A stretch of DNA of 64,000 nucleotides from Bacteroidota bacterium (GCA_038749535.1 JBCDHX010000004.1:17603-81602), one strand, 5' to 3'; shown: positions 19,621-28,815, counted from the first letter of the stretch. A program made the numbers and translations. The notes: generated from the sequence alone by a model not told the origin.

Positions 19621-22269
19621 TCACCCTTCTACCACTTCCAACATCCCTTTCAGCTCATTCAACTTCATCATACATTCTATTGGTGTCATGGAGTTCAAGT
19701 TCAAATCTTCCAGCGCCTGTTTTAGCTGCTCCAAACGTGGATCGTTCTGCTCAAATATGCTCAATTGCATAGGTGCACTCAGATGCTGAGTGGCTACTTG
19801 TTTGGTCGGAATATCTGCCTCTCCGTTATTGATCGACTTTTGTTCCAGTTGCGTTAAAATATGTCCGGCACGCTCGACGATGCTGCGTGGCATTCCTGCC
19901 ATTTTCGCAACATGAATCCCGAAACTATGCTGACTGCCACCAGGCACGAGTTTGCGCAGGAAAATAATTTTCCGCTCGATTTCTTTAGTAGCAATATGGT
20001 AGTTTTTGATGCGTGGAAATTTATTGGCAAGTTCGTTCAGTTCGTGATAGTGAGTTGCGAAAAGCGTCTTCGCGCCGCTTTGATGATGCAAATATTCTGC
20101 AATCGACCAAGCAATAGAAATGCCATCATAGGTACTCGTCCCGCGCCCGATTTCGTCTAGTAAAATCAAACTACGATCTGAAATATTATTCATGATGCTC
20201 GCCGTCTCGTTCATTTCGACCATGAAAGTCGACTCGCCGGACGAAATATTATCAGAAGCACCTACACGCGTAAAGACTTTATCCACCCAACCCAATTTAG
20301 CACTTTCTGCCGGAACAAAACTCCCCATCTGCGCCATCAAACAAATCAGAGCTGTCTGCCGCAACAGTGCTGATTTTCCTGCCATATTCGGTCCAGTAAT
20401 CATCAAAATCTGTTGCTCTTCTCGGTCGAGATAGACATCATTTGGGACATAGGTTTCTCCGATAGGCATTTGCTGCTCGATGACCGGATGACGCCCGGCT
20501 TTGATGTCGATGACGTAGCTGTCGTTGAGTTCCGGTCGGCAGTAGCTGTAACGTTGAGCGACTTTGGCGAAAGAGAGTAAACAGTCCAATCGAGCGATCA
20601 AACTAGCATTGTGCTGAATCGGCTGAATGAACTCAGCAATGCTATTGATTAACTGCTCATACAATCGCGCTTCTAATGCCAATATCTTTTCTTCTGCTCC
20701 TAAAATCTTGCTTTCTAAGACTTTAAGTTCGTCGGTGATGTAGCGTTCAGAGCCGGTCAACGTTTGTTTGCGCACCCACTCAGGCGGCACCATGCCTTTA
20801 TTCTTGTATTTATTAGTGACTTCCAGATAATACCCAAAGACATTATTGAACCCAATTTTGAGATTGTCGATTCCGGTACGTTCGGCTTCGGTGTTTTGTA
20901 TTTCGATCAGCAGATTTTTGCTGTTGTTGACGATGCTGCGTAGTTCGTCTAACTCAGGGTTAATGCCATCTGCCATGACGCCGCCTTTGACGACATTGAC
21001 GGGCGGCTCTTCGACGACTTGTCGCTCTATTTGTTGACGTAAACTATCGCAGGCATGTAGACCATCGCCTATCTTTTGTAGATAAGCATTTTCACTATCC
21101 AAAAGCAACTGCTTGACAGGCTTTAATGCTTCCAATGCCCGACGAAGTTGAATGACTTCACGCGGATTGATCTTTCCCAATGGCACTTTAGAAATCAATC
21201 GCTCCAAATCACCCATCTGTCGGAAGTAGGTTTCCAACTCCTGCGCCAATTCTGCTTCCTTCAAAAAGTAATCCACAATGTCCAAACGACTTTCGACTTG
21301 CTGCACCGATTTAAGTGGCAAGACCGTCCATTTTTTGAGCAGTCGCGCGCCCATTGGCGACACCGTTTTATCTAGTACTTTCAGCAAAGGCACACCACCT
21401 TCATGTGGGCTATGTATCAGTTCTAAATTACGAATCGTAAATCTATCCAGCCACACGTAGCGATCGGGTTGTATGCGGCTAATGCTGGTGATGTGGCGAA
21501 GATTTTTGTTTTCAGTCGTCTCCAAATAGTGTAAAATCGCACCCGCAGCTATTTGCGCTAGTTGCAGATTTTCTACCCCAAATCCTTTCAGATTTTTGAC
21601 TTGAAAATGGCTAGTCAATTTCTCTAATCCATAGTCAAGCGAAAACACCCATTCATCCAATGGAAAGGTGTAAAATTTATCTCCAAATTGATCTTTAAAA
21701 CTATTATTTTGGTCTTTAGAGAAGATGATTTCGGAGGGTTGTAAACTTTGAAGTAGCTTGTCGATATAACCGCTATTCCCTTCGCTCACTAGAAACTCTC
21801 CGGTGGAGACATCAAGGAAAGCAATACCTAATTTCCCTTTCTTCCCGAAGCTGAGTGCTGCTAAATAATTGTTGCTTTTGTGGTCGAGTAATTGGTCATC
21901 GACAGCAATGCCGGGCGTGACGACTTCTGTGACACCTCGCTTGACGATTTTCTTTTCTTTGCTTGGTTTTTCAAGTTGCTCACATATAGCTACACGATAA
22001 CCTGCACGCACCAGTCGCGGCAAATATAAATTCATAGAATGATGCGGAAAACCTGCCAATTCGATCTTACTACCACCGTTATTCCGCGCCGTCAAAATGA
22101 TGCCTAATACTTGCGAAGCAGTGATCGCATCCTCCCCAAACGTCTCATAGAAGTCACCCACGCGGAAGAGCAAAATCGCACTTGGATACTTTGCTTTCAG
22201 CGCGAAATACTGCTTCATCAAGGGCGTGATTTTGCCCGGTTTTTTCGTCGTTTTTCTCGTCTTCGCCAA
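19621..22269 (-). CDS. mutS: DNA mismatch repair protein MutS
   Basis: TPLMKQYFALKAKYP, FRVGDFYETFGEDA and the Walker A motif ITGPNMAGKS are present. Length 882 aa. Confidence 0.97.
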   Translation of the reverse strand: MAKTRKTTKKPGKITPLMKQYFALKAKYPSAILLFRVGDFYETFGEDAITASQVLGIILTARNNGGSKIELAGFPHHSMNLYLPRLVRAGYRVAICEQLEKPSKEKKIVKRGVTEVVTPGIAVDDQLLDHKSNNYLAALSFGKKGKLGIAFLDVSTGEFLVSEGNSGYIDKLLQSLQPSEIIFSKDQNNSFKDQFGDKFYTFPLDEWVFSLDYGLEKLTSHFQVKNLKGFGVENLQLAQIAAGAILHYLETTENKNLRHITSISRIQPDRYVWLDRFTIRNLELIHSPHEGGVPLLKVLDKTVSPMGARLLKKWTVLPLKSVQQVESRLDIVDYFLKEAELAQELETYFRQMGDLERLISKVPLGKINPREVIQLRRALEALKPVKQLLLDSENAYLQKIGDGLHACDSLRQQIERQVVEEPPVNVVKGGVMADGINPELDELRSIVNNSKNLLIEIQNTEAERTGIDNLKIGFNNVFGYYLEVTNKYKNKGMVPPEWVRKQTLTGSERYITDELKVLESKILGAEEKILALEARLYEQLINSIAEFIQPIQHNASLIARLDCLLSFAKVAQRYSYCRPELNDSYVIDIKAGRHPVIEQQMPIGETYVPNDVYLDREEQQILMITGPNMAGKSALLRQTALICLMAQMGSFVPAESAKLGWVDKVFTRVGASDNISSGESTFMVEMNETASIMNNISDRSLILLDEIGRGTSTYDGISIAWSIAEYLHHQSGAKTLFATHYHELNELANKFPRIKNYHIATKEIERKIIFLRKLVPGGSQHSFGIHVAKMAGMPRSIVERAGHILTQLEQKSINNGEADIPTKQVATQHLSAPMQLSIFEQNDPRLEQLKQALEDLNLNSMTPIECMMKLNELKGMLEVVEG
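19639..19686. repeat. Direct repeat copy 2 (inside the functional mutS 3' end)
   Basis: Identical 48 bp to 17625..17672. Confidence 0.9.
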
Positions 22270-22467
22270 TTTAAAGTAGATTGTTTTGAACTCGTAAATA
22301 TAGGGCGACTTAGACGATTTAGAATCATTTTGAGTGACTCATTTTTCTACTTTTTGTATTGGAAAATGTCATTAAATACTGGATACGTTTTTACTATATT
22401 TACTGGAATAAAATAGAGACTCAACTTAATCATCAAAGTTATGGTTTATAATTTATAAAGCGAACAG

Positions 22468-23121
22468 ATGACAAAGCAACTATCCTTTTCTAATATTCGA
22501 TTCAAAGACTTAAAAGCGATTGCTCCTATTGAGCAGTCAGCGAATGAAGTTGTATTTGAGGATTGGTTTAATTATCCCTATGAATTTAATGAAGAAGAGA
22601 TTGCTTTTTTGACTGATTTGATTGTTAGAAATCGCTTGAAAATCAATGCTTATACTGAAGAAGAATTGAAAGCCAAATTTTTGATTCCACTACTCAATAA
22701 AGTAGACTTTGTGAAAGGTGAAGTGAGTGATTGGTACGAACGAAATATCCGAGGAAAAATCAATGGTGTGGAGATAGGAGGTGTCACTGACTTTATGGTA
22801 GCAAAAGGTGTGAAAGAACCGGAGACGCCTTATTTTTATATCCAAGAATTTAAGCCTTCTAAGCCGAGCGTATTTCCCGAAGATCAACTGCTAGCGGAGC
22901 TGATGGTATCAGTTGAGCTGGAAGGTAAACAGTCTATGAAAGGTGCCTATATAGTCGGTCAGTTTTGGACATTTGTTATTCTAGAAAAACAACCAAATGG
23001 CAGCTTTATTCTGTATCTAGCTCCTAGCTTAGATGCCTTAAAACTGGAAGATTTACAGGAAATCTATAAGCATCTAAAAGCGGTGAAGGCGGAAATTTTG
23101 GAGAAGGTAAGTCAACAATAA
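22468..23121 (+). CDS. PD-(D/E)xK nuclease-fold protein (HSDR_N-like)
   Basis: GGVTDFMVAKG ... PYFYIQEFKPSK fits the D...E-x-K signature of restriction-endonuclease-like folds. Confidence 0.5.
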   Translation: MTKQLSFSNIRFKDLKAIAPIEQSANEVVFEDWFNYPYEFNEEEIAFLTDLIVRNRLKINAYTEEELKAKFLIPLLNKVDFVKGEVSDWYERNIRGKINGVEIGGVTDFMVAKGVKEPETPYFYIQEFKPSKPSVFPEDQLLAELMVSVELEGKQSMKGAYIVGQFWTFVILEKQPNGSFILYLAPSLDALKLEDLQEIYKHLKAVKAEILEKVSQQ

Positions 23122-23128
23122 TATATTC

Positions 23129-23298
23129 CTCAGTAGTCAGTCATATTAGTAATGTCGAATAGATTGCGTGTATCTTTTTGTTAATTGAGGCGCGAAAGTT
23201 GGAACATAACTGGTTATGAAGCCTACTTTCGCAACGCTGAGTAACGGAAAAAGACACATCAATATTATCCGACAGGATTAGCGTGACAGACTACTCAG
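23129..23298. repeat. Long imperfect palindrome (~170 nt extended hairpin)
   Basis: Outer arms 23129-23143 and 23284-23298 pair at 13/15 positions. Arms 23154-23179 and 23248-23273 give 17 Watson-Crick plus 2 G-T pairs out of 26. The inner stem is GCGAAAGT / ACTTTCGC, and the apex is CATAA-ctgg-TTATG. Confidence 0.6.
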
Positions 23299-23373
23299 TT
23301 GGATTTTATCACAAAACCATGTTCTAAATGTAGTTGATTGATATTATGTTTGTGCTAACAATCAATCAGTTTC

Positions 23374-24567
23374 ATGTCCACTCTTCAACAAGTCATACAA
23401 GAAAAAGCCACCACCTATCTATCAGAGACCATCCACTTCCGCCGTCACCTCCACCAGCATCCTGAACTCTCCTTCGAGGAAGTCAAAACCGGACAATTCA
23501 TCGCTCAACAACTCGCCAATTGGGGCATCACTCATGAGCATGGCTGGGCGGAAAATGGCGTGGTCGCCCTCATCAAAGGTAGAAACGCTAAAAAGAAAAC
23601 CATCGCACTACGGGGAGATATAGACGCGCTCCCCATCTTAGAAGCCAACAAAGTCAGCTATCGCTCTCAAAATCAAGGTGTGATGCACGCTTGTGGTCAT
23701 GATGTGCATACGGCATCGCTACTAAGTGTTGCGCGTATCTTGCATGAGCTACGCGATCAATTTGATGGTCAGGTAAAGCTTATTTTCCAGCCGGCAGAAG
23801 AAAAAGCACCCGGTGGCGCGAATGTTTTGATACAAGAAGGCGTGCTCAAAAATCCTGCACCTGAGCATATTTTGGGGCAGCATGTTCATCCACCATTGGA
23901 AGTTGGGAAAGTGGGTTTTCGAGGCGGAAAATATATGGCATCTACGGACGAGTTGACTTTGACGATCCGAGGAAAAGGCGGTCATGGCGCACTGCCACAT
24001 CGCTGCAATGATACGATATTGATTACGGCTCAGATTTTGATGGCATTGCAGCAGCTAGTGAGTCGAGAAGCTGATCCTACTTTCCCGACGGTGCTCTCAT
24101 TCGGAAAGATCAATTCTAAAGGAGGTGCACATAACGTCATACCGGAAGAGGTCGTCGTTTTGGGGACGCTGCGAACAATGGACGAAGCCTGGCGAACGCA
24201 AGCAAAGAAGCGACTACAAGAAATGGCATCCGGCATCGCCGCTAGTATGGGTGCGATCTGTGATGTGCATATTTTGGATGGCTATCCATATTTAGTAAAT
24301 GATGAAGCATTGACGGCAAAAGCCACGCAGGATGCCATTGAGTATTTAGGATCAGAAAATGTTGTCGATCTACCTATTCGGATGACAGGTGAAGATTTTG
24401 CTTACTACTCTCACGAGATTCCAGCTTGCTTTTATCGTTTGGGCATCAAGCCAACGGATGGACGCACTTTTGGGTCACTGCATACGCCTACTTTTGATGT
24501 CGATGAGCAATGTTTGTTGACGAGCACGGGTTTGATGAGTTGGTTGGCAATTAAAGGATTAGCCTAG
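23374..24567 (+). CDS. M20D-family amidohydrolase (N-acyl-amino acid amidohydrolase-like)
   Basis: FRRHLHQHPELSFEE and HACGHDVH are typical of the M20D family. Confidence 0.85.
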   Translation: MSTLQQVIQEKATTYLSETIHFRRHLHQHPELSFEEVKTGQFIAQQLANWGITHEHGWAENGVVALIKGRNAKKKTIALRGDIDALPILEANKVSYRSQNQGVMHACGHDVHTASLLSVARILHELRDQFDGQVKLIFQPAEEKAPGGANVLIQEGVLKNPAPEHILGQHVHPPLEVGKVGFRGGKYMASTDELTLTIRGKGGHGALPHRCNDTILITAQILMALQQLVSREADPTFPTVLSFGKINSKGGAHNVIPEEVVVLGTLRTMDEAWRTQAKKRLQEMASGIAASMGAICDVHILDGYPYLVNDEALTAKATQDAIEYLGSENVVDLPIRMTGEDFAYYSHEIPACFYRLGIKPTDGRTFGSLHTPTFDVDEQCLLTSTGLMSWLAIKGLA

Positions 24568-24571
24568 AATT

Positions 24572-25189
24572 ATGAATCATATATTTCTTATTCTTTTTAG
24601 CTTGATAGGTCTGTCAGCGACTTGTGCTCAGTCTGATTTAAAGGTCATCAAAGCACGACTAACAACTAGCTATTCAGAGCTACAGGTGGACGGCGAATTA
24701 CATGGTTGCTGTCAATATTTTCCTGCTGACAATTTGCGGGCTTCATCTAGCTTAAAAACACAAAGTAAGAACACCTATGATGTAACTAATCTAGGTGACA
24801 ATGGATACGAATCTGCTTGGATTGAAGGTATATCAGGAGACGGTATTGGCGAGTATATCGAATTCGAGTATAGCTATGACATCAAGTACAAAGGTGCTGC
24901 GGATGGTGGCGATTTGTATGAGGACGAATGGAACTTCCTAAATGGCTACCAGAAGAATTTGACAACTTGGCGAAACAATGGACGTATTCATACAATGAAA
25001 ATGTACATCAATGGTCTGGCGTATTGTATGATTGAACTATTGGACAGACCGGGCGTGCAAGCTGTTGACCTAGGATTCATGGAATACTTGGAACAGCAAA
25101 AAGGAACCATACACATCAAATTGGTGATTGAATCTGTCTATCAAGGTGAAAAGTTTTCGGATACAGCACTATCCGAAATTGTCTGGTAG
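24572..25189 (+). CDS. Secreted protein with a discoidin / NADase-type glycan-binding-like domain
   Basis: Signal peptide present. ASSSLK...YDVTNLGDNGYESAWIEGISGDGIGEYIEFEY matches the pattern of that domain (from memory). Confidence 0.5.
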   Translation: MNHIFLILFSLIGLSATCAQSDLKVIKARLTTSYSELQVDGELHGCCQYFPADNLRASSSLKTQSKNTYDVTNLGDNGYESAWIEGISGDGIGEYIEFEYSYDIKYKGAADGGDLYEDEWNFLNGYQKNLTTWRNNGRIHTMKMYINGLAYCMIELLDRPGVQAVDLGFMEYLEQQKGTIHIKLVIESVYQGEKFSDTALSEIVW

Positions 25190-25190
25190 T

Positions 25191-25508
25191 TTACTTAACA
25201 ATATCACTCACCCAATCCAAATACGGCTGATGTCCCCAAACCACCTCAGTCGCCACCATTTCCGGTACATCATAGCCATGATTTTCACTTACAAACGCTT
25301 CTATATCGGTTAGCTTGGATGAAAGCGTTTTGGCTTGAAGCATGACCTCATTTTCCTGCTGCACTGCTCCTTCCCAACGATAGATGGACTGAATCGGTAG
25401 CAATTGTGCGCAAGCAACCAAACGACGCTCCACCAACTGCTGCGCCATAGTTTTGGCTGCCGCTTCATTGGGAAAAGTGATGGTCAAAAGAACGAGTTTA
25501 TTACTCAT
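25191..25508 (-). CDS. cutA: Divalent-cation tolerance protein CutA
   Basis: 105 aa. AKTMAQQLVERRLVACAQLLPIQSIYRWEG is typical of CutA. Confidence 0.85.
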   Translation of the reverse strand: MSNKLVLLTITFPNEAAAKTMAQQLVERRLVACAQLLPIQSIYRWEGAVQQENEVMLQAKTLSSKLTDIEAFVSENHGYDVPEMVATEVVWGHQPYLDWVSDIVK

Positions 25509-25562
25509 GAGATACTTCGGATTTCGGATTGTTCATTGTTAACTGCACCCTGTTCATTGAAA

Positions 25563-27488
25563 TCAACCAAGTATAACGGTATTCAATTCCGTCGCCAGTT
25601 CATTGCGCATTGCCATCAATTTTTGCTGCACTTGTAAGAGCTGACGGATGTTGTTGCCGTCCTTTTCGGTTTTGATCTTGTCCATGTTAGAAGCGCACAT
25701 TTCGATGAGCTTTTGCAATTTAAATCGCTGTAAAGACTGTACACTATCACGTGTGAAGTTTTGCTCTGGCATTTTTTGAGTACGCAAGAAGATTTCGCGA
25801 GCTTCCCAGCCGGGGCTATATTCATGTGGCGAACTGAGTAAGTCAAGTGACAATTGCCGGACATCCTCTTCGGTATGATTGATGAAAAAATCGGTATTGA
25901 CAACTTCTTCAGCTACCAAACGATCAAATGCAATATTCACCACTTTTTTATACATCGCATTGCTGAAATCGGATAGCACTTCCTCCAAATTACCCAACAC
26001 AAACTCCGCTACACTGATATTTTCTTCCTCATCAAATACCTTATCGCCTAGCGTCACGATGATACGGACGATGTCTTTTTCTTGAAAGGCATCCTTAGAT
26101 TTGGCAGGCGCAGGAGGCTGAGCAGTATCCCTGACTGGCTGCATGGGTGCATCAATACTGCGCTGCGGTCGTTCGCGTTTGAGTTTATCACGCTTGACTT
26201 GTCCACCTACCACACGGTTGACTTCGGCCACCAGAATACTTTCCTCAATCTCCATCAATTGACTGCACTCTTTGATGTAAAGTGCTTTTTTGATCGGATC
26301 GGGAATTTTGGCAATCGAACTCACAATGTCCTTGACCAACTGTGTTTTTTTGATCGGGTCGTTGGCAGCATCTGCAAGAAGTAGTGTTGTTTTGAAAAGA
26401 ATAAAATCTTGTGCCTTTTCATCGATAAATTCTTGAAAAGCGGTCGAACCAAGTTGCTGCACAAAGGAGTCAGGATCTTCTCCTTCCGGCAGTAAAACCA
26501 CTTTGACATTCATGTCCTGCTGCAACACTAAATCCAGTCCACGCAATGCTGCTTTAATACCCGCCGGATCACCATCATAGAGAATTTTGATGTTGGGCGA
26601 GTAGCGTTTGATGAGGTTAATCTGCCCGACGGTGAGGGACGTTCCTGAAGAGGCGACCACATTTTCGATGCCAGCTTGATGTAGCGAAATGACATCTGTA
26701 TAGCCTTCTACCAATATGCATTCATCTCGTTTTCGGATAGCTTGTTTGGCAAAATAGGCACCGTAGAGGACTTTGTTTTTGACATAGATTTCGGTTTCGG
26801 GAGAGTTGATGTATTTGGGGATTTTCTTTTCTTTCTTAAGTGTCCGCCCGGCGAAGGCTATAGGCTTGCCCGATAGGTTATGAATGGTAAACATGACACG
26901 CTCCCGAAAGAAGTCATTGTCATATTTGGTGGTCAGTCCCAATTGTCGTAACAGGTCGATATTATAGCCTTGCTGAGTAGCAGTACTTGTGAGTGCATCT
27001 CGCTGCGCAGTCGCAAAACCCAATCCAAACTTTTCAATCGTTGCCTCACGGAATCCACGTTCTTTGAAGTAAGTCGCGCCTACTGCTTTTCCATCTCCGA
27101 TTTTGAGCTGTTTCTGATAAAATTCTTTGGCAAATTGATTGACAATGTAGAGACTATCTTGCTGCATGAGCAACTGCCGCTCTTCATTCGTCAATACTTT
27201 CTCCTCTATTTTGATGCCATATTTATTGGCGAGATAGCGCAAGGCTTCTGGATAGCTAAACTGCTCATGATCCATTAAAAACTGTACGGGCGAACCACCT
27301 TTACCGCATCCAAAACACTTACAGATATTTTTGCTGGGCGAGACCGTAAATGAGGGGGTTTTCTCATTGTGGAAAGGGCATAGTCCGATCAGGTTGACGC
27401 CGCGCCGTTTCAGATTGACGAACTCACCCACGACATCCTCAATCTTAGCGGTTTCTAATATTTCGTAGACTGTCTTCTGTGGAATCAA
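25563..27488 (-). CDS. dnaG: DNA primase
   Basis: The zinc ribbon CPFHNEKTPSFTVSPSKNICKCFGCGKGG and the TOPRIM motif LVEGYTDV are present. The start codon appears to be TTG. Confidence 0.95.
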   Translation of the reverse strand: MIPQKTVYEILETAKIEDVVGEFVNLKRRGVNLIGLCPFHNEKTPSFTVSPSKNICKCFGCGKGGSPVQFLMDHEQFSYPEALRYLANKYGIKIEEKVLTNEERQLLMQQDSLYIVNQFAKEFYQKQLKIGDGKAVGATYFKERGFREATIEKFGLGFATAQRDALTSTATQQGYNIDLLRQLGLTTKYDNDFFRERVMFTIHNLSGKPIAFAGRTLKKEKKIPKYINSPETEIYVKNKVLYGAYFAKQAIRKRDECILVEGYTDVISLHQAGIENVVASSGTSLTVGQINLIKRYSPNIKILYDGDPAGIKAALRGLDLVLQQDMNVKVVLLPEGEDPDSFVQQLGSTAFQEFIDEKAQDFILFKTTLLLADAANDPIKKTQLVKDIVSSIAKIPDPIKKALYIKECSQLMEIEESILVAEVNRVVGGQVKRDKLKRERPQRSIDAPMQPVRDTAQPPAPAKSKDAFQEKDIVRIIVTLGDKVFDEEENISVAEFVLGNLEEVLSDFSNAMYKKVVNIAFDRLVAEEVVNTDFFINHTEEDVRQLSLDLLSSPHEYSPGWEAREIFLRTQKMPEQNFTRDSVQSLQRFKLQKLIEMCASNMDKIKTEKDGNNIRQLLQVQQKLMAMRNELATELNTVILG

Positions 27489-27872
27489 TTTCTGATTATT
27501 TTTGATGTATAGACACCTAAGTAGTATTTATTACTACCTTTGAGCATCAAAATAAAACTATAAATTCAAATTTTGTTACTGGTAAAATTACGTTTTAGTG
27601 TTTCAATAAATTAAAAAAAATCGCTTTATTTGTGTTTAAGAATTCCTTAACTATAAGTTTAAGTAATTGATTTTTAGTTAGTTATAATTCATACTCGATT
27701 AATTAATCGCAAAAAGTAAAAAAGCATCAATTTCTTGTGTGACTCTTACTTCTGAAGCCGTCATAAGGGTGTAACAAACAAAGACAAGATAGCTTAAAAA
27801 GTTAAGCTTGAAACCAAAAAAACTCAGCCTAATACAAATAAACACGAGCTACTCCGAACGATCAAAAAATTT

Positions 27873-27932
27873 AATGGGTGTTCTCATAGTGTGTGGACTG
27901 CCCCGCGCTTCCGAGCGTGGGGTAGCTTTTTC
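27873..27932 (+). ncRNA. sRNA-like unit 1 (conserved box plus terminator)
   Basis: The box AATGGGTGTTCTCATAGTGTGTG is followed by the hairpin CCCCGCGCT-TCCG-AGCGTGGGG and then TTTTT. Confidence 0.4.
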
Positions 27933-27961
27933 TTCACCGACAGAACACAACAAAAAGAAAT

Positions 27962-28017
27962 AATGGGTGTTCTCATAGTGTGTGTATAAAAAGCCTGTCT
28001 TCGGATGGGCTTCTTTT
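27962..28017 (+). ncRNA. sRNA-like unit 2
   Basis: An identical 23-nt box is followed by the hairpin AGCCTGTC-TTCG-GATGGGCT and then TCTTTT. Confidence 0.4.
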
Positions 28018-28045
28018 CACACGACAACACCTTAATAGGTAATAT

Positions 28046-28105
28046 TTTGGGTGTTTTTATAGTGTGTGTAGATGCTTCAGGAGCTTTTCCTGGAGCATTT
28101 TTTTG
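28046..28105 (+). ncRNA. sRNA-like unit 3
   Basis: The box variant TTTGGGTGTTTTTATAGTGTGTG (19/23 identical) is followed by an 11-bp hairpin ATGCTTCAGGA-GCTTT-TCCTGGAGCAT and then TTTTTTT. Confidence 0.4.
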
Positions 28106-28125
28106 TCAACACACTTCCATATTCC

Positions 28126-28815
28126 TTATTCTTCCCCCTCTACCTTCAAGATAAATCCAACCTTAAATACATTTTCGATTTTGATGCGTCCGTCTTGACT
28201 CAACAATTTACGCAAGCGTGAGATGAAAACATCAAAACTTCTTCCCAAAAAATAGTCCCACTTCCCATAGATCTGCTCTACCGCATCTTCTCTTCTCAGT
28301 ATTTGATTTTTATGTAAGCAAAGTAGTCGCAAAATGTCACTTTCCTTCTCTGTCAGTCGATGAGCGGTATCTTTATAGGTCAATTCCTGTAGTGCGTAAT
28401 CAAAAAAGTAATCCCCAATCTCAAATTTAGACTCCGTCGATACTTCTTTTTCTCCTCTTCTGAGTATCACTTTGATTTTCCAGAGCAATTCGTCTTCATC
28501 GAACGGCTTGGTGATGTAGTCCTCTGCGCCTATTTCGTAACCTTTCATTTTGTCTGCCTTCATAGAGCGAGCCGTCAGAAAAATGAATGGTAGCTCTGCA
28601 TTATGTTGCCGAATGCGTTTGGCGAGCTGTAATCCATCCATTTTTGGCATCATAATATCTAATATACACACATCGAAATTTTCTTCTAGGATAGTTTGCC
28701 ACGCGTCAGCTCCATTAATCTTCAGTTTGACATTATAGTTTTCTTCTTCTAATAGTTGGGTCAATAGAAATCCTAAACTTTGATCGTCCTCTACGACGAG
28801 TATAGATGCTGGCAT
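28126..28815 (-). CDS. OmpR/PhoB-family response regulator with no adjacent kinase
   Basis: Receiver domain (ILVVEDD, LDIMMPKMDG) plus a winged-helix C-terminus. Confidence 0.9.
   Translation of the reverse strand: MPASILVVEDDQSLGFLLTQLLEEENYNVKLKINGADAWQTILEENFDVCILDIMMPKMDGLQLAKRIRQHNAELPFIFLTARSMKADKMKGYEIGAEDYITKPFDEDELLWKIKVILRRGEKEVSTESKFEIGDYFFDYALQELTYKDTAHRLTEKESDILRLLCLHKNQILRREDAVEQIYGKWDYFLGRSFDVFISRLRKLLSQDGRIKIENVFKVGFILKVEGEE

Noticed and set aside
27873-28105. Possible mini-CRISPR array (three spaced repeats)
   Set aside because: There are only three 23-nt repeats. The supposed spacers are themselves GC-rich terminator hairpins followed by T runs and a semi-conserved trailer. 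The repeats are not palindromic, and no cas genes are in the window.
27875-28128. Tiny ORFs starting in the conserved box (MGVLIVC...)
   Set aside because: The three frames end after 29, 8 and about 34 codons, with no similarity beyond the box. Unit 3 lacks an ATG. Conservation stops exactly where the hairpins begin, which fits RNA elements better than peptides.
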